This document shows, piece after piece, positions 37,668-48,567 of a DNA stretch of 64,000 nt. Each line of letters opens with the position of its first letter. The stretch's first letter is position 1. The DNA is from a virus. The DNA lies in IMG/VR virus record IMGVR_UViG_3300035661_000043, positions 1 through 64,000 of that record; one strand, written 5' to 3'. Both the position numbers and the translations under genes were made by a program. Below the pieces are notes generated by a model. The model was given only the letters and a program-made list of their open reading frames with translations. It made no database searches and was not told the origin of the DNA.

Positions 37668-39169
37668 CAAGATTTTATACAAACGTAGTAAGACTCGGGA
37701 ACAATATCTGTGTCCGAGAGCAAACAGAAACTGGACCTAGCAAGTTTAAAACTCGTTACCAGCCAACATTATTTCTAAAGACCGACAAGGAGTCAAAGTT
37801 TAAGACTCTGTACGGAGATTTTGCTAAACCCGTGCAACAAGACTCGATGTCAGAAGCACGAGAGTTCATCAAGAAATATGAAGGTGTACGTGGGGTAGAA
37901 TTGTTCGGTCAGCATAACTGGGTTCTTCAGTACATTAATGAGACATATTCTGGATCAGTTAACTTTGACCCAAAACTGATTTCTGCTTGGTCTTTAGATA
38001 TAGAAACGCTATTGTTTGAAGATGCAGAAGGAAAGATTACTGGCTTCCCGAATGCAGAGACAGGTGATTGTGAAATCACTCTTATCACAATTCAATGTCT
38101 GCAGAGCAAACAGTGCTTCACATTTGGCTCACGCGAGTATAAAGGTGAAAAAGTTCTTGATAGCAGGTACATGAACTGTGGATCTGAAAGGGAAATGCTT
38201 AAGCAGTTCATACAATTTTGGCAACTCAAATCAGTAGAAGTGATCACTGGATGGAACATCGAGCGGTTTGATATTCCGTACATTGTGAATCGTGTAAAAG
38301 TAGTTCTCGGAGAAGAATGGGCCAAGAAGTTATCACCGTGGGAATCAGTTGAAGTTATTAAGAAACGTGTCTCCGGTGGGTTTGGTGGAGATGAAGAAAT
38401 CATCTGTAATATTGCTGGTGTGTCTATTCTAGACTATATGGCTCTGTACAAGAAATTTGTGTTTGTAAAACATGAATCTTACTCGTTAGGGCATATTGCA
38501 CAGGAAGAACTTGGTGAGACCAAATTGGACCACTCGGAGTATAAGAACTTCAATGAGTTCTACTGGAAGGGGTTTGATGCAAAGTATGTTGACTATAACA
38601 TCCGAGATACGCAACTTGTTGCTCGTCTTGAAGATAAATTGAAACTTATTGAGTTAGTCTATACTCTGGCATATTTGGCAAAAATCAACTTTACAGATGT
38701 TTTCAGTCCTGTAAAGATGTGGGATTCTATTCTCCACAACAGGCTGTTTGGTGAAAATACGGTTGTGCCACTGAAGGAACACAATCCTGATGGTGACAAG
38801 CACATCGAAGGTGCTTATGTAAAGGACCCATCAGTTGGTATGCATGAATGGGTTATCTCATTAGATGCTACAAGCTTGTATCCATCCATCATGATGACAC
38901 TGAATATCAGCCCAGAAACATATCGAGGTATTGACAAAGAATACAATGTTGATTCTTTGTTGGCTGGGAAAATGAAGTTGGATCCACCTCAAAATCAAGC
39001 ATGGGGACCGAATGGTTCCAAGTTTGAAATTACTACACGCGGTGTTATCCCAAAGATTGTAGAAGAAATGATGGCAGATAGGAAATCTTCTAAAAAGAAA
39101 ATGCTTAATAGGACTCAGGATCTGGAACACATCAAGACAGAAATCACCAGGCGTGGATTGAAAGTGTAA
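37664..39169 (+). CDS. gp43: DNA polymerase B, N-terminal subunit (gp43A)
   Basis: DIET, TGWNIERFD, YNIRD and DATSLYPS motifs; ends in the fingers domain at TAA. Confidence 0.95.
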   Translation: MTRFYTNVVRLGNNICVREQTETGPSKFKTRYQPTLFLKTDKESKFKTLYGDFAKPVQQDSMSEAREFIKKYEGVRGVELFGQHNWVLQYINETYSGSVNFDPKLISAWSLDIETLLFEDAEGKITGFPNAETGDCEITLITIQCLQSKQCFTFGSREYKGEKVLDSRYMNCGSEREMLKQFIQFWQLKSVEVITGWNIERFDIPYIVNRVKVVLGEEWAKKLSPWESVEVIKKRVSGGFGGDEEIICNIAGVSILDYMALYKKFVFVKHESYSLGHIAQEELGETKLDHSEYKNFNEFYWKGFDAKYVDYNIRDTQLVARLEDKLKLIELVYTLAYLAKINFTDVFSPVKMWDSILHNRLFGENTVVPLKEHNPDGDKHIEGAYVKDPSVGMHEWVISLDATSLYPSIMMTLNISPETYRGIDKEYNVDSLLAGKMKLDPPQNQAWGPNGSKFEITTRGVIPKIVEEMMADRKSSKKKMLNRTQDLEHIKTEITRRGLKV

Positions 39170-39339
39170 GATCAAAAAGTTTCCGACTATTGATTTAGCT
39201 GGGACTTTTGTATATTACCAAATACACGTTCACTTTTCTTCATTCCCACAAACGGGAAGTAATTTTTCTTCGATATCAACAATTTTCAACCTTTACTATA
39301 TCACCATATAGTATATTTTATTAGAACAGGACCTCATAT

Positions 39340-39984
39340 ATGGATCTTTCTAAACTTTCCGATTCCGAATTGTTAAAACTCTACAATAAAGCAGAAGAGG
39401 AAATCTCCGCTCTTGATAACTTACAAATGGCACTCAAGATCTCTTTAAATTCACTTTACGGTGGAATTGGAAATCAAGGGTTCCGTTTCTTCAACTCTAA
39501 TGTTGCAGAGACAATTACATTGACCGGTCAGTATGTTCTTCGGTCTATTGAGCAAAGCATCGATGATAAACTGAATAAAGTATTCAAGACAGAGGGTCAC
39601 AAGTACCTGATCTATATCGACACTGATTCTGTCGTCGGAGATACAAAAATTTTAGTTAACGGCACTGAAACAACAATTGCAGATTATTATGATTCTAAGA
39701 CGGAGTTCATCAAAAGAGATGAATTTAATAAAGACTATGTTAAAAAATGTGATTCAGATTACACACCTACTGTGAATCCAAATACACAGGTAATGGAAAA
39801 TAAATCTGTTTCATATGTTATGAAACATAGAGTAAAAAAGAGAATGTATAAAATTACTGTTGGTGGAAAAGAAGTAATTTGTACGAATGATCACTCAATT
39901 ATTGTACGCAGGAATAGTCTCATTCTTTCCGTTATTCCCTCAGACATTCTGAAGACTGATGAGTTAATACATATTAAGCACTGA
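39340..39984 (+). CDS. gp43: DNA polymerase B, middle piece plus split-intein IntN
   Basis: KISLNSLYG, YIDTD/SVVGDT junction and block B TNDHS; TGA stop. Confidence 0.92.
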   Translation: MDLSKLSDSELLKLYNKAEEEISALDNLQMALKISLNSLYGGIGNQGFRFFNSNVAETITLTGQYVLRSIEQSIDDKLNKVFKTEGHKYLIYIDTDSVVGDTKILVNGTETTIADYYDSKTEFIKRDEFNKDYVKKCDSDYTPTVNPNTQVMENKSVSYVMKHRVKKRMYKITVGGKEVICTNDHSIIVRRNSLILSVIPSDILKTDELIHIKH

Positions 39985-40043
39985 ATTTGTATGAACTAAT
40001 ACATGACTAAAGATCGTGATTTAATTATAGAAAGATTAAAAAA

Positions 40044-40997
40044 ATGCAATTAGAGTTCACAACTGATTTTCAGATTGAAGATTTAGGTGAGATCGAAGAA
40101 GATGTTTATGATATTGAAACAGAAGATAATCATAATTTTTTCGGCAACGGTGTTTTAGTACACAACAGTTGTTACATCAATGTCGCCCCAGTTGTACAGA
40201 AATATCTATCAGATATTCCCGATAAGTCTGAGATTATTAAACGATTAGAAAAATTGGCAGTTGATATTATTCAAAAGAATGTCAATGATATTGTGAATGA
40301 TGTCTGTAAGCAAATGAATGTCTACGAGAACAAACTATCATTTAAATTAGAGGTATGTGCAGATAAGGCAATCTGGTTAGCAAAGAAAAAATATGTAGTA
40401 CGTGCATATTCTTCTGAGGGTGTTACATACTCAAAACCAAAATATAAAACGATTGGTTTGGAACTCGTCCGTTCGTCTACTCCAATGTTTATCCGTAAGA
40501 AGTTGAAGGATGTTCTCCCATTGGTGTTTGACACAGATCAAAGCACAATTCAGAAATTTTTATTAGAAACTCGTAAAGAGTTTGATCAATTGTCGGTGCA
40601 AGAAATTGCATTTCCAAGATCTGCTAACAATTTAGAGGAATATTCCGATAGTCAAAATATCTACAAAAAGGGTGCTGGTGTGTCTACACCAATACATGCC
40701 CGCGCAAGTTTGTTGTATAATGATCTAATACGGAAGAAAAATCTTCAAGGGCAGTTTCCAATTATTGTTTCTGGTGCGAAGATCAAATTTGTGTATCTAA
40801 AACTACCAAATACTCTAAGAGAGAATGTCATTGCTTTCCCTGCTGATGAGACTCTTCCTATTGAATTTGACCTACACCAGAAGGTTGACAGAGATATTCA
40901 ATGGGACAAAACGATGATTGCTTCTACACAGATCATTCTAGATTCAATTGGTTGGTCAGCTATCGAACAGTCAAGTTTAGATGACTTTTTTGGTTAA
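40044..40997 (+). CDS. gp43: Split-intein IntC plus DNA polymerase B C-terminal piece
   Basis: VYDIE..NFFGNGVLVHN/SCY junction, KKKY, GLELVRSSTP and the clamp-binding SLDDFFG. Confidence 0.92.
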   Translation: MQLEFTTDFQIEDLGEIEEDVYDIETEDNHNFFGNGVLVHNSCYINVAPVVQKYLSDIPDKSEIIKRLEKLAVDIIQKNVNDIVNDVCKQMNVYENKLSFKLEVCADKAIWLAKKKYVVRAYSSEGVTYSKPKYKTIGLELVRSSTPMFIRKKLKDVLPLVFDTDQSTIQKFLLETRKEFDQLSVQEIAFPRSANNLEEYSDSQNIYKKGAGVSTPIHARASLLYNDLIRKKNLQGQFPIIVSGAKIKFVYLKLPNTLRENVIAFPADETLPIEFDLHQKVDRDIQWDKTMIASTQIILDSIGWSAIEQSSLDDFFG

Positions 40998-41115
40998 TAG
41001 TGAAAGATACAAAAGTTTAAACGGAAAAGAAACTTGGTATTTTTTGATCCATCTTTCATTAAGAGGAAACTCAGAAATTCGCTGAGTGGTTTCATATTCA
41101 AGGAGATATTTTAAA

Positions 41116-42189
41116 ATGAGTAAATTATTGCAAAAAATGTTGAAAGCAGGTTCTGCAGGGGCTACAATTCTGTCAGAAGCTGATATGTTCAAAGAACAAG
41201 ATCTCGTTCAGACATCGCTTCCTATTATTAACATTGCATATTCTGGTAAAGTAGATGGTGGGTTCGGCTCCGGTCTAACAATTCTGGCAGGTGAATCAAA
41301 GACATTTAAAACTGCTCTGGCACTATATTGTCTGAAGGCGTATTTGGACAAATACAAAGACGGTATTGGTGTTCTATATGATTCTGAGGGTGGTTGTAAC
41401 CCACAATATATTAAGTCATTTGGTATTGATCCAGCCAGAGTTGTTCACGTTCCAGTTGAACATGTTGAACAACTGAAGTTTGACTTTGTTAAGAAACTAG
41501 AAGAAATCGAAAAGGGTGATAAAGTATTTTTCTTGGTTGATTCAATTGGTCAAATTGCATCAAAGAAAGAAACTGATGATGCGAGTGATGAGAAATCAGT
41601 GGCTGATATGTCACGTGCCAAAGCTATTCGGTCTCTCCTCCGTCTTGTGACAGTGCAATTGAATAAAAAGTTGCTACCATGTTTCATGATCAATCACGTC
41701 TATCAAGAAATTGGTATGTTCCCAAAGACTATCATTCCTGGTGGAACAGCTGTCACATATTCCGCGAACACTATCTTTGTTATTGGAAAATCACAAGACA
41801 AATCTTCAGATGGTGAATTGAATGGTTGGCACTTCACATTGAATATTCATAAATCTCGATTTGTCCGTGAAAAGGCTAAATTCCCATTCACTGTGAATTA
41901 TGAAACAGGTATTAAGCCATATTCCGGTCTTTTGGACATGGCAATTGAATTGGGTGCAATTGTATCTCCTTCGTCCGGATGGTACTCTGTAGTTGATCTG
42001 GTGACTGGAGAAATTTCATCTAAAAAATATAGAAAAAAGGACTGTGATTCGGAAGAATTCTGGAGTCCTATCTTAGAATCAAAGGAATTTAAGCAAAAAG
42101 TGATTAATCGTTATATGCTATCTTCTCCTAGTATGACAGATGAAGATATTGACACCGCAATGAGCGAGATTGGAGATGACAATGAGTGA
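41116..42189 (+). CDS. uvsX: UvsX recombinase
   Basis: AGESKTFKT, YDSE, DSIG and DMSRAK motifs. Confidence 0.95.
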   Translation: MSKLLQKMLKAGSAGATILSEADMFKEQDLVQTSLPIINIAYSGKVDGGFGSGLTILAGESKTFKTALALYCLKAYLDKYKDGIGVLYDSEGGCNPQYIKSFGIDPARVVHVPVEHVEQLKFDFVKKLEEIEKGDKVFFLVDSIGQIASKKETDDASDEKSVADMSRAKAIRSLLRLVTVQLNKKLLPCFMINHVYQEIGMFPKTIIPGGTAVTYSANTIFVIGKSQDKSSDGELNGWHFTLNIHKSRFVREKAKFPFTVNYETGIKPYSGLLDMAIELGAIVSPSSGWYSVVDLVTGEISSKKYRKKDCDSEEFWSPILESKEFKQKVINRYMLSSPSMTDEDIDTAMSEIGDDNE

Positions 42190-42454
42190 ATTTGATTATG
42201 TGCCTTCAGATGTTCACAAAGACAAAATTGTGATTAAAATAAACTCTGGTCCATTTGCCGGCATTAGTTATGTTCTTGGGGAAGTAAATTTTCCCGATGA
42301 AGATGAACCAATTCTACAATTCCAATACGATATCATAGAAGGCGAACCTTATGATGTGCAGGCATTTGAAAAGTTTGTTGGTGATGCTCTTGTTGAAATG
42401 TTGACAAAATCCTTAGAGGAACATACCACTGTATTCAAGGGCGGAACTGAATAA
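42182..42454 (+). CDS. Hypothetical protein in the position of T4 gp40
   Basis: Lies between uvsX and the helicase; synteny only. Confidence 0.6.
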   Translation: MSEFDYVPSDVHKDKIVIKINSGPFAGISYVLGEVNFPDEDEPILQFQYDIIEGEPYDVQAFEKFVGDALVEMLTKSLEEHTTVFKGGTE

Positions 42455-42732
42455 AGGAAGAACGACATCCTCAATTTAGATATTTGAATTGAGGATGTTT
42501 CCCTCCTTTCTTCCATACCATTCGATGTATCTTCTTTCTAGTGCAAAAGCACCTATTTCTGACAGATTTCTTTCTAGTATGACTATATTACTTTTATGAT
42601 GGAATATGTAGACTTCCATGTTTTGCATATGCTCTTTTGCCGCTGCCTATGTAGTATGGTGTGCCGGCTTTAGCGGTATCACTATCTTTTGATCTCAGAT
42701 AGGCATAAACGTAATATATTTTTGTTGCTCAT
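42455..42732 (-). pseudogene. Frameshifted GIY-YIG homing endonuclease remnant
   Basis: YYVYAYLRS..GTPYYIGSG and AFALERRYIEWYGRK fragments. Confidence 0.75.
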
Positions 42733-42814
42733 ATAAGCCTTTAGTTGGTTGAGTAAAGTCATCGGGAACGCCAATTCCGCGGGTGACACCTATTCATAAT
42801 TGTGGAGTTTAGTA

Positions 42815-44257
42815 ATGCAAATTGAGTCAGTGATTATATCGAGTCTTTTGATTAGTGAGGACTACGCCAGAAAGGTAGTTCCTCACCTTGAAAAAGAATA
42901 TTTCGCAGAAAGAGTTGATGCTCTCATTTACGATGAAATCAATACTTTCTTCTTGAAATTCAATGTGCTTCCTACAAAGGATGTACTGCGTGTGCAAATT
43001 ACAGACAAGTCAGGTATTTCTAATTCTGATGCCGAAGACGCTCTTGCTAGGATACAAGGTCTTTCAACCGAGCCGAAAAATCTAGATTGGCTAATAGAAA
43101 AGACTGAAGCATTCTGCAGAGATCGTGCTCTGTACAATGCTATCATGAAATCTATCACCATCATCGACGGCAAAGATCAGAAACACTAGCGGGAAGCAAT
43201 CCCTAGTATTCTTCAAGAAGCATTGGGGATTTCTTTTAACACTGCGGTTGGTCACTAGTATCTTGATGATGCAGAAAAACGGTTTGATTTTTATACTCGT
43301 GTTGAATCTAAGATCGTCATGGATATTGAGATGTTCAATAAGATCACAAATGGCGGACTGAGCAGAAAAACTCTAAACATCTTATTAGCTCAATCTGGTG
43401 GTGGTAAATCATTGGTGATGTCGCACATGGCCGCAGGATGTTTACGAGATGGATTAAATGTACTCTATATCTCTATGGAGATGTCCGAAGAAAAGATCGC
43501 AGAACGTATCGATGCCAACTTACTTGATGTTGAAGTTGACAAGATCAAAGATATTGGTAAGGATATCTTCTGCACAAAAATTTCTAATCTTGCAGCTAAG
43601 ACTCACGGAAGATTGTTTATCAAGGAGTATCCATCCGGTGCAGCACACACAGGTCATTTCCGCGGTCTGTTAGAAGAACTGAAAACTAAGCAAGATTTTA
43701 CCCCTGACATTATCTTCATTGATTACCTTGGCATCTGTGCTTCATCTAGGGTGAAGATGGGAGGGTCAGTTAACTCTTATGCTTACCTGAAATAGATAGC
43801 AGAAGAACTTCGTGCATTTGCCACAGAGAATGATGTGCCTGTCGTGACTGCAGGTCAAGTGAATCGTGGTGGGTACAACACCACAGATTTAGACATGACT
43901 GACACATCAGAAAGTTTAGGTATTGCTATGACCGCAGATGTGATGCTAGGTATTGTTCGAACTGAAGAACTCGATGATATGAATCAGTTGATGATGGTAC
44001 AACTGAAAAATAGATATTAGGATCCCACTATCAATAAAAGATTTACTGTCGGTCTAAATCGCGCTAAGATGAAGTTATATGATCTGGAAGGGATGGCAAA
44101 TTCCGGTTTCACACCAGATGCAAAAAATAAAACATATGCACCAAAAATTGCATAGAACACCAGAGAAGACACACCGGTATCAGAAGATGTTATAGAATAG
44201 TTACCGGTTGCAGGTATTAAATCTAAAACAGTCAACACACAAGGATTCGCGTTTTGA
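42815..44257 (+). CDS. gp41: Replicative helicase gp41 (several TAG)
   Basis: GGGKSL, SMEMSEE, IDYL, K*IAEELR and LKNRY motifs. Confidence 0.95.
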
Positions 44258-45867
44258 ACTATGAAAAATATATTGATGATCACTTCCCATTTGAGAAGTT
44301 CAATCCAGGTCAGAAGGAAGCAATTGATTTCGCCGTAACAAATCTAGTTGCAGGAAAAAAGCATATTCTTATGGAACTGCCGACAGGTATAGGCAAGAGT
44401 GCTATTGCTACAACAGTACATAGAGTCATGCGTCAGATCAAAAAGGGTAAAGAGAATTGGAAAACTGCAATTATTACTGCTACTAAAGGTCTACAAGAGC
44501 AGTATCTTCATGATGATAAGGAGATTTTCTCGTTAAAAGGTCGTCAGAACTACCCCTGTTCAAAGAATGCAGGACATTATGGCTCTGCAAAATGTAAACA
44601 AACTTGTAATGCGGGTGGCTGTGTTCCTGCTTCATCTTGTGATTACTTCAAGACCCGCGAGGTGTGGAGACTACACGCAGATCTTCGTTTGACTAACACA
44701 TCTTTCCAAATTAAGGCACCAACAGTATTGATTGGTGATGACAAATCTCGTGCATCACTCACTGTTATCGATGAATGTCATGAGATTGATGAGCAGTTGG
44801 TGAAACATGCTGCTTTGACTATAGATGTTGTCGATCTTACTTCTATCGAAAAGGTGGCCGGCAAGAACTTCACCGGTAGATTTGCTGCTTTCATCAATGA
44901 CTTCTCCGAGTATGATGAGGGTTTCTATTTTGTCCCTGACGCGGATATCCAGAAATCTGCCAAGGAACTCATTGATGCTATCGATACTAAGGCAGGTGAA
45001 CTTGAGCAGAAAGCCAAGGAGTCTTCTCATGGGCATGGGTCTATTGCAGCGGTGATAGATGATCTGAGAGGTTGGGCAACAGCTCTGCATTCTTTTGCAT
45101 TTTCTGGTGGTGAGTGGATTATTGAAGAATATGCATATGCTCAGAAACTGGTCTTAACACCAGTATATACGCATCAGGTTGTGAACAAAGGTCTGTATGA
45201 CAAATGTGATCAGTTTATTCATATGTCGGCTACGATCTGCGGATTTGATGAGTATATGAAAACGATGGGGATAGATAAGAAGGATGTCGCTGTGATCGAT
45301 GCGGCAAATCCCATTCCAGTCGAACAAAGACCTGTGTATGCGATGAATGCTATCAAAGTGTCAGGATAGTTCGATAAAGAGAAATTGGCGACATTTGTTG
45401 ACAAGATTATTGATCGACATGGGACTGATAATGGTGTTATTCATACCGTGTCTTTCCAACTTGCTAAAGACATCCGTGATAACTCTAAACACAAGAAACG
45501 TATGGTGATCAGTAACGACAGGGATGAAATTATCTCTCTTTTGAAAAAGAAGAATATGATTTTATTGAGTCCCAGTGTTGAGTCGGGATATGACTTCAAG
45601 GGAGATCTTGCTAGATGGCAAATTCTACCAAAGGTACCTTACGAGTATCTTGGTAACCCAAGAATAAAATTGTTAATGAACAGGTAGAATAAATGGTACG
45701 CCAGACAAGCTATTCTTAGAATTGTTCAATCATCTGGTAGAGCTGTCAGAGGTATGGATGATTATGCCACAACATACATCATCGATAGTAACTTTAGCAC
45801 GTTGTGGCATGGAAATCAGGAATTATTCCCGAGTTGGTTCAAAGAAGCTGTCACTGTTGTAAAATAA
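44254..45867 (+). CDS. DinG/Rad3-like helicase
   Basis: PTGIGKS, Cys cluster, DECH, MSAT and QSSGRAVR motifs; 2 TAG. Confidence 0.9.
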
Positions 45868-45882
45868 TTTGTGCTTAAGCGT

Positions 45883-45908
45883 GCTTTTATTCTAGTATGT
45901 GTTATAAT
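45883..45908 (+). promoter_or_regulatory. Recurrent promoter GCTTTTA-N-TG-N-TATAAT (MotA-box-like)
   Basis: About 11 copies between 45.9 and 59.4 kb, upstream of small genes and RNAs. Confidence 0.75.
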
Positions 45909-46008
45909 GCAACTATGATCAAACAAACACTCATCGAAATCATCCAGGCATCAGTAATAGGTGCCATGTTCTTTGGTCCCCTCTTTTACTATTATGTCTG
46001 GTAATATC

Positions 46009-46305
46009 ATGAAAAAACTTGCAATTGCTCTTACCTTTGCTGTCGGTGTAACCTCTGCCCAAGCTTGGGGTGATCGCGAGCAGGGTGCCCTTCTAGGATT
46101 AGTCATTGGAGGTGCTATCGCTGCACAAAAAACAGAACCTCAACGATATCCATACGATGTGTATCCACAGCAGCAAATTATCGTTCAACCACAACAACAG
46201 TTGGTATGTGGTTACAATACATATTGCGGTCCTACTTATTGCTATCAAGAACCAATCTGGGGTCAGTATGGGCAAGTCATAGCATATCGAAATGTGTGTC
46301 GATAA
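46009..46305 (+). CDS. Secreted hypothetical protein with a glycine zipper
   Basis: Signal peptide MKKLAIAL..AQA and GALLGLVIGG. Confidence 0.7.
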   Translation: MKKLAIALTFAVGVTSAQAWGDREQGALLGLVIGGAIAAQKTEPQRYPYDVYPQQQIIVQPQQQLVCGYNTYCGPTYCYQEPIWGQYGQVIAYRNVCR

Positions 46306-46570
46306 TCCAGTAAAATTAACAACTATAGAATGAGTTTCTATGTCAATTAGAAACGGCATTTTAATCGGAAGGTTCCAACCCTTTCGTGGTGGGCGGTTAA
46401 GTGCAAAGACACAACTACACACGAAAAACTTTTCACATAAATTAATGAGGTAATGAAATGATGTCATTCTGGTCAGCATGTTTAGGTGCTATAATCGGCA
46501 CATTGGTAGCACTGGGTATAGTATCTCTTTGGCTATGGTATGAATTCTTTTCAGATGATGATGAAGAAGA

Positions 46571-47110
46571 ATGAGAATCACAGGAAAAATTAGAATCATT
46601 GAGACTGGAATTGATACCAAACCTTTTCTAGAAGAACTGGAGCAAAACAAGCATCTTTGGTAGATGGTGAAAAAGATGCAAGACATTGGTGGAGATAAAG
46701 ACCCGTATGGATTCTTGCCACTTTGCATGGGAGTAGAAGATAAGCCAGGGAACATCAAGAATTCGGACATTCATAGTAAGACTCCAGCGTATTGGCAATT
46801 CCCCATGATAAGAAAGTTTCTTAATGAACGAAATGCATCAGAACATTCTCGTGCCGCTTTCTTTAAACTAGCCCCAGGTGGTTGTGTTGGTAAACACATC
46901 GATGATGGTGACTATTATCTAAACAAAGATCGCTATCACTTTTCACTGTCTGGTGTCTATAATTACTGGTGTGATGGGGATTGGCTAGAAGTTCATCCAG
47001 GTACTTTCTTCTGGTTCGATAACAAAAGAGAACATTGGGCAGATAATATTGGGGGTGTTGACAGAGTTACATTCGTCTTTGACTTGAAACATTCCTCTAC
47101 AAACCCATGA
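46571..47110 (+). CDS. Asp/Asn beta-hydroxylase-like 2OG-Fe(II) protein
   Basis: HID, RYH and WFDNKREH..RVTFVFD motifs. Confidence 0.8.
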
Positions 47111-47207
47111 TGAAGTTTTGAACAAGTTTTGATCAAATCCCCTCTTTAGGGGATTTTTAGTTTCTGCTGTTTTCCGTAAAAAACCATGAGGGGTCCCTCA
47201 TCCACTG

Positions 47208-47381
47208 AAAAACGATGAAAAAAGTGTATATAGATCAATCACTTAGCTGCGATAAAACGCAGAAAATATCGTTTCTAAAGCAATCTCATAGATTTTATGA
47301 TTAAGGAAATTTATCAGGACTAGAACATGATAAACAAAATTGTATCGTAGAACAGTGTGAAACTGCTAAGAGGGGTTTACA
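47208..47381 (-). repeat. Diverged inverted copy of the 610-740 intergenic element
   Basis: AAGTGTATATAGATCAATCACTTAGCTG and GCTAAGAGGGGTTTACA are reverse complements of sequence at about 696-725 and 618-634. Confidence 0.85.
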
Positions 47382-47581
47382 GGGGACTCCCTTCCTAATA
47401 GAATGGACATATTAAAAGGATAATTCAGAAGTACTCTGTCGTTCGTTGGTAATGGAGCTACATGATGGTACACATACCAAGAAGATGCAGTCACAAATTT
47501 GTTGACCAATGTAGAGCTTTTAATCAAAGCCGTGTTATAATGAACACATGGAAACAAACAAGGTAAACTAAGGTAACAATC

Positions 47582-47773
47582 ATGACTAAACTTTCAACTG
47601 TGATTTTCTCTATGTCTTCCTCTAACATCCGAAATGCTAACAAGATCTTTGATGGTTCTATTGAAAAGACCAAAGAACAGAAGAAGTTGACTTCTATTGC
47701 AAATCGAGTGTCTAAAGCCAAGCGCGAGTCTATGAAGCCTGGTCCTTGTGTTGTGATCACTTCTCAGAAATAA
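47582..47773 (+). CDS. Hypothetical protein
   Basis: Downstream of a promoter motif. Confidence 0.55.
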   Translation: MTKLSTVIFSMSSSNIRNANKIFDGSIEKTKEQKKLTSIANRVSKAKRESMKPGPCVVITSQK

Positions 47774-47809
47774 AGTAGCTTTTATTCGGATGTGTGTTAT
47801 AATGAACAC

Positions 47810-48028
47810 ATGAAAACAAAACAACAAATTGCCCTTGTTCTTTATCATCTCGACCCAATGGGTACTTGCTGTAAAGAGAACGAACTCTTCGATGAGTATG
47901 AAAAAGAAGCAGATATGATTGCTTCTGGTTGTTCGTTGAAAGCTGTATTCTTTTCTTGCTTTTGGAAAGGTTGTTTAAATAATAGACAACTGAAAGAAAT
48001 CAAGGAAAAGATCGATGCTATAGTTTAA
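47810..48028 (+). CDS. Hypothetical protein
   Basis: Follows a promoter; DPMG..DEYE motif. Confidence 0.55.
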   Translation: MKTKQQIALVLYHLDPMGTCCKENELFDEYEKEADMIASGCSLKAVFFSCFWKGCLNNRQLKEIKEKIDAIV

Positions 48029-48384
48029 GCAGTTGCTGAATGAGAATGAAGCTCAAGCAGGGGCTCCTATGATCATTACTGAGACTGTGACTATTTTGGA
48101 AATAGTTGTAAAATAGTTTCCTAAAAGTTGCACATTGAGTATAAATAAGTATATGAACAAAATTTTCAATCACTTCCATAGAGCTCCCTCAAGTCTAGAC
48201 ACAAAATAGACATGGTGCTGTGCATACACAACTGGCTATAATGCACCGATGATTGAGGGAAGAGGATACACCTAAGCATAACAAGAACGATACTTTATAT
48301 CTTGTTAGGGTCTTAGGGAAACTTAAGATCCTTTTTGTTTATGATCTGCGATACTTTTAATCAAAGTTGTGTTATAATAAACAC

Positions 48385-48567
48385 ATGAAAACAAAACTTC
48401 AAACTGTTGTGTTAGGTGGGAGAGCTTATGTGGGTGGATTCATAAATCAAAACAACTGGGTTGTGGATCTGAAGGGAAGAAATGTAGCTGAGTGCTATAG
48501 CAAAGAGGTTGCAAGAGCTCTTGCAAAAGAACTCAACAAAATGTTTGAATACGGTAACAGCTTTTAA
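48385..48567 (+). CDS. Hypothetical protein
   Basis: Follows a promoter motif. Confidence 0.5.
   Translation: MKTKLQTVVLGGRAYVGGFINQNNWVVDLKGRNVAECYSKEVARALAKELNKMFEYGNSF

Noticed and set aside
39982-40046. TGA read-through in the polymerase or terminase inteins
   Set aside because: Further in-frame stops follow these TGAs and the downstream pieces have their own ATG (in another frame for the polymerase); TGA and TAA behave as normal stops throughout.
8700-45867. Mass pseudogenisation or sequencing error as the cause of broken ORFs
   Set aside because: Breaks are specifically TAG, preserve frame, hit essential genes without frameshifts, and are accompanied by a matching tRNA.
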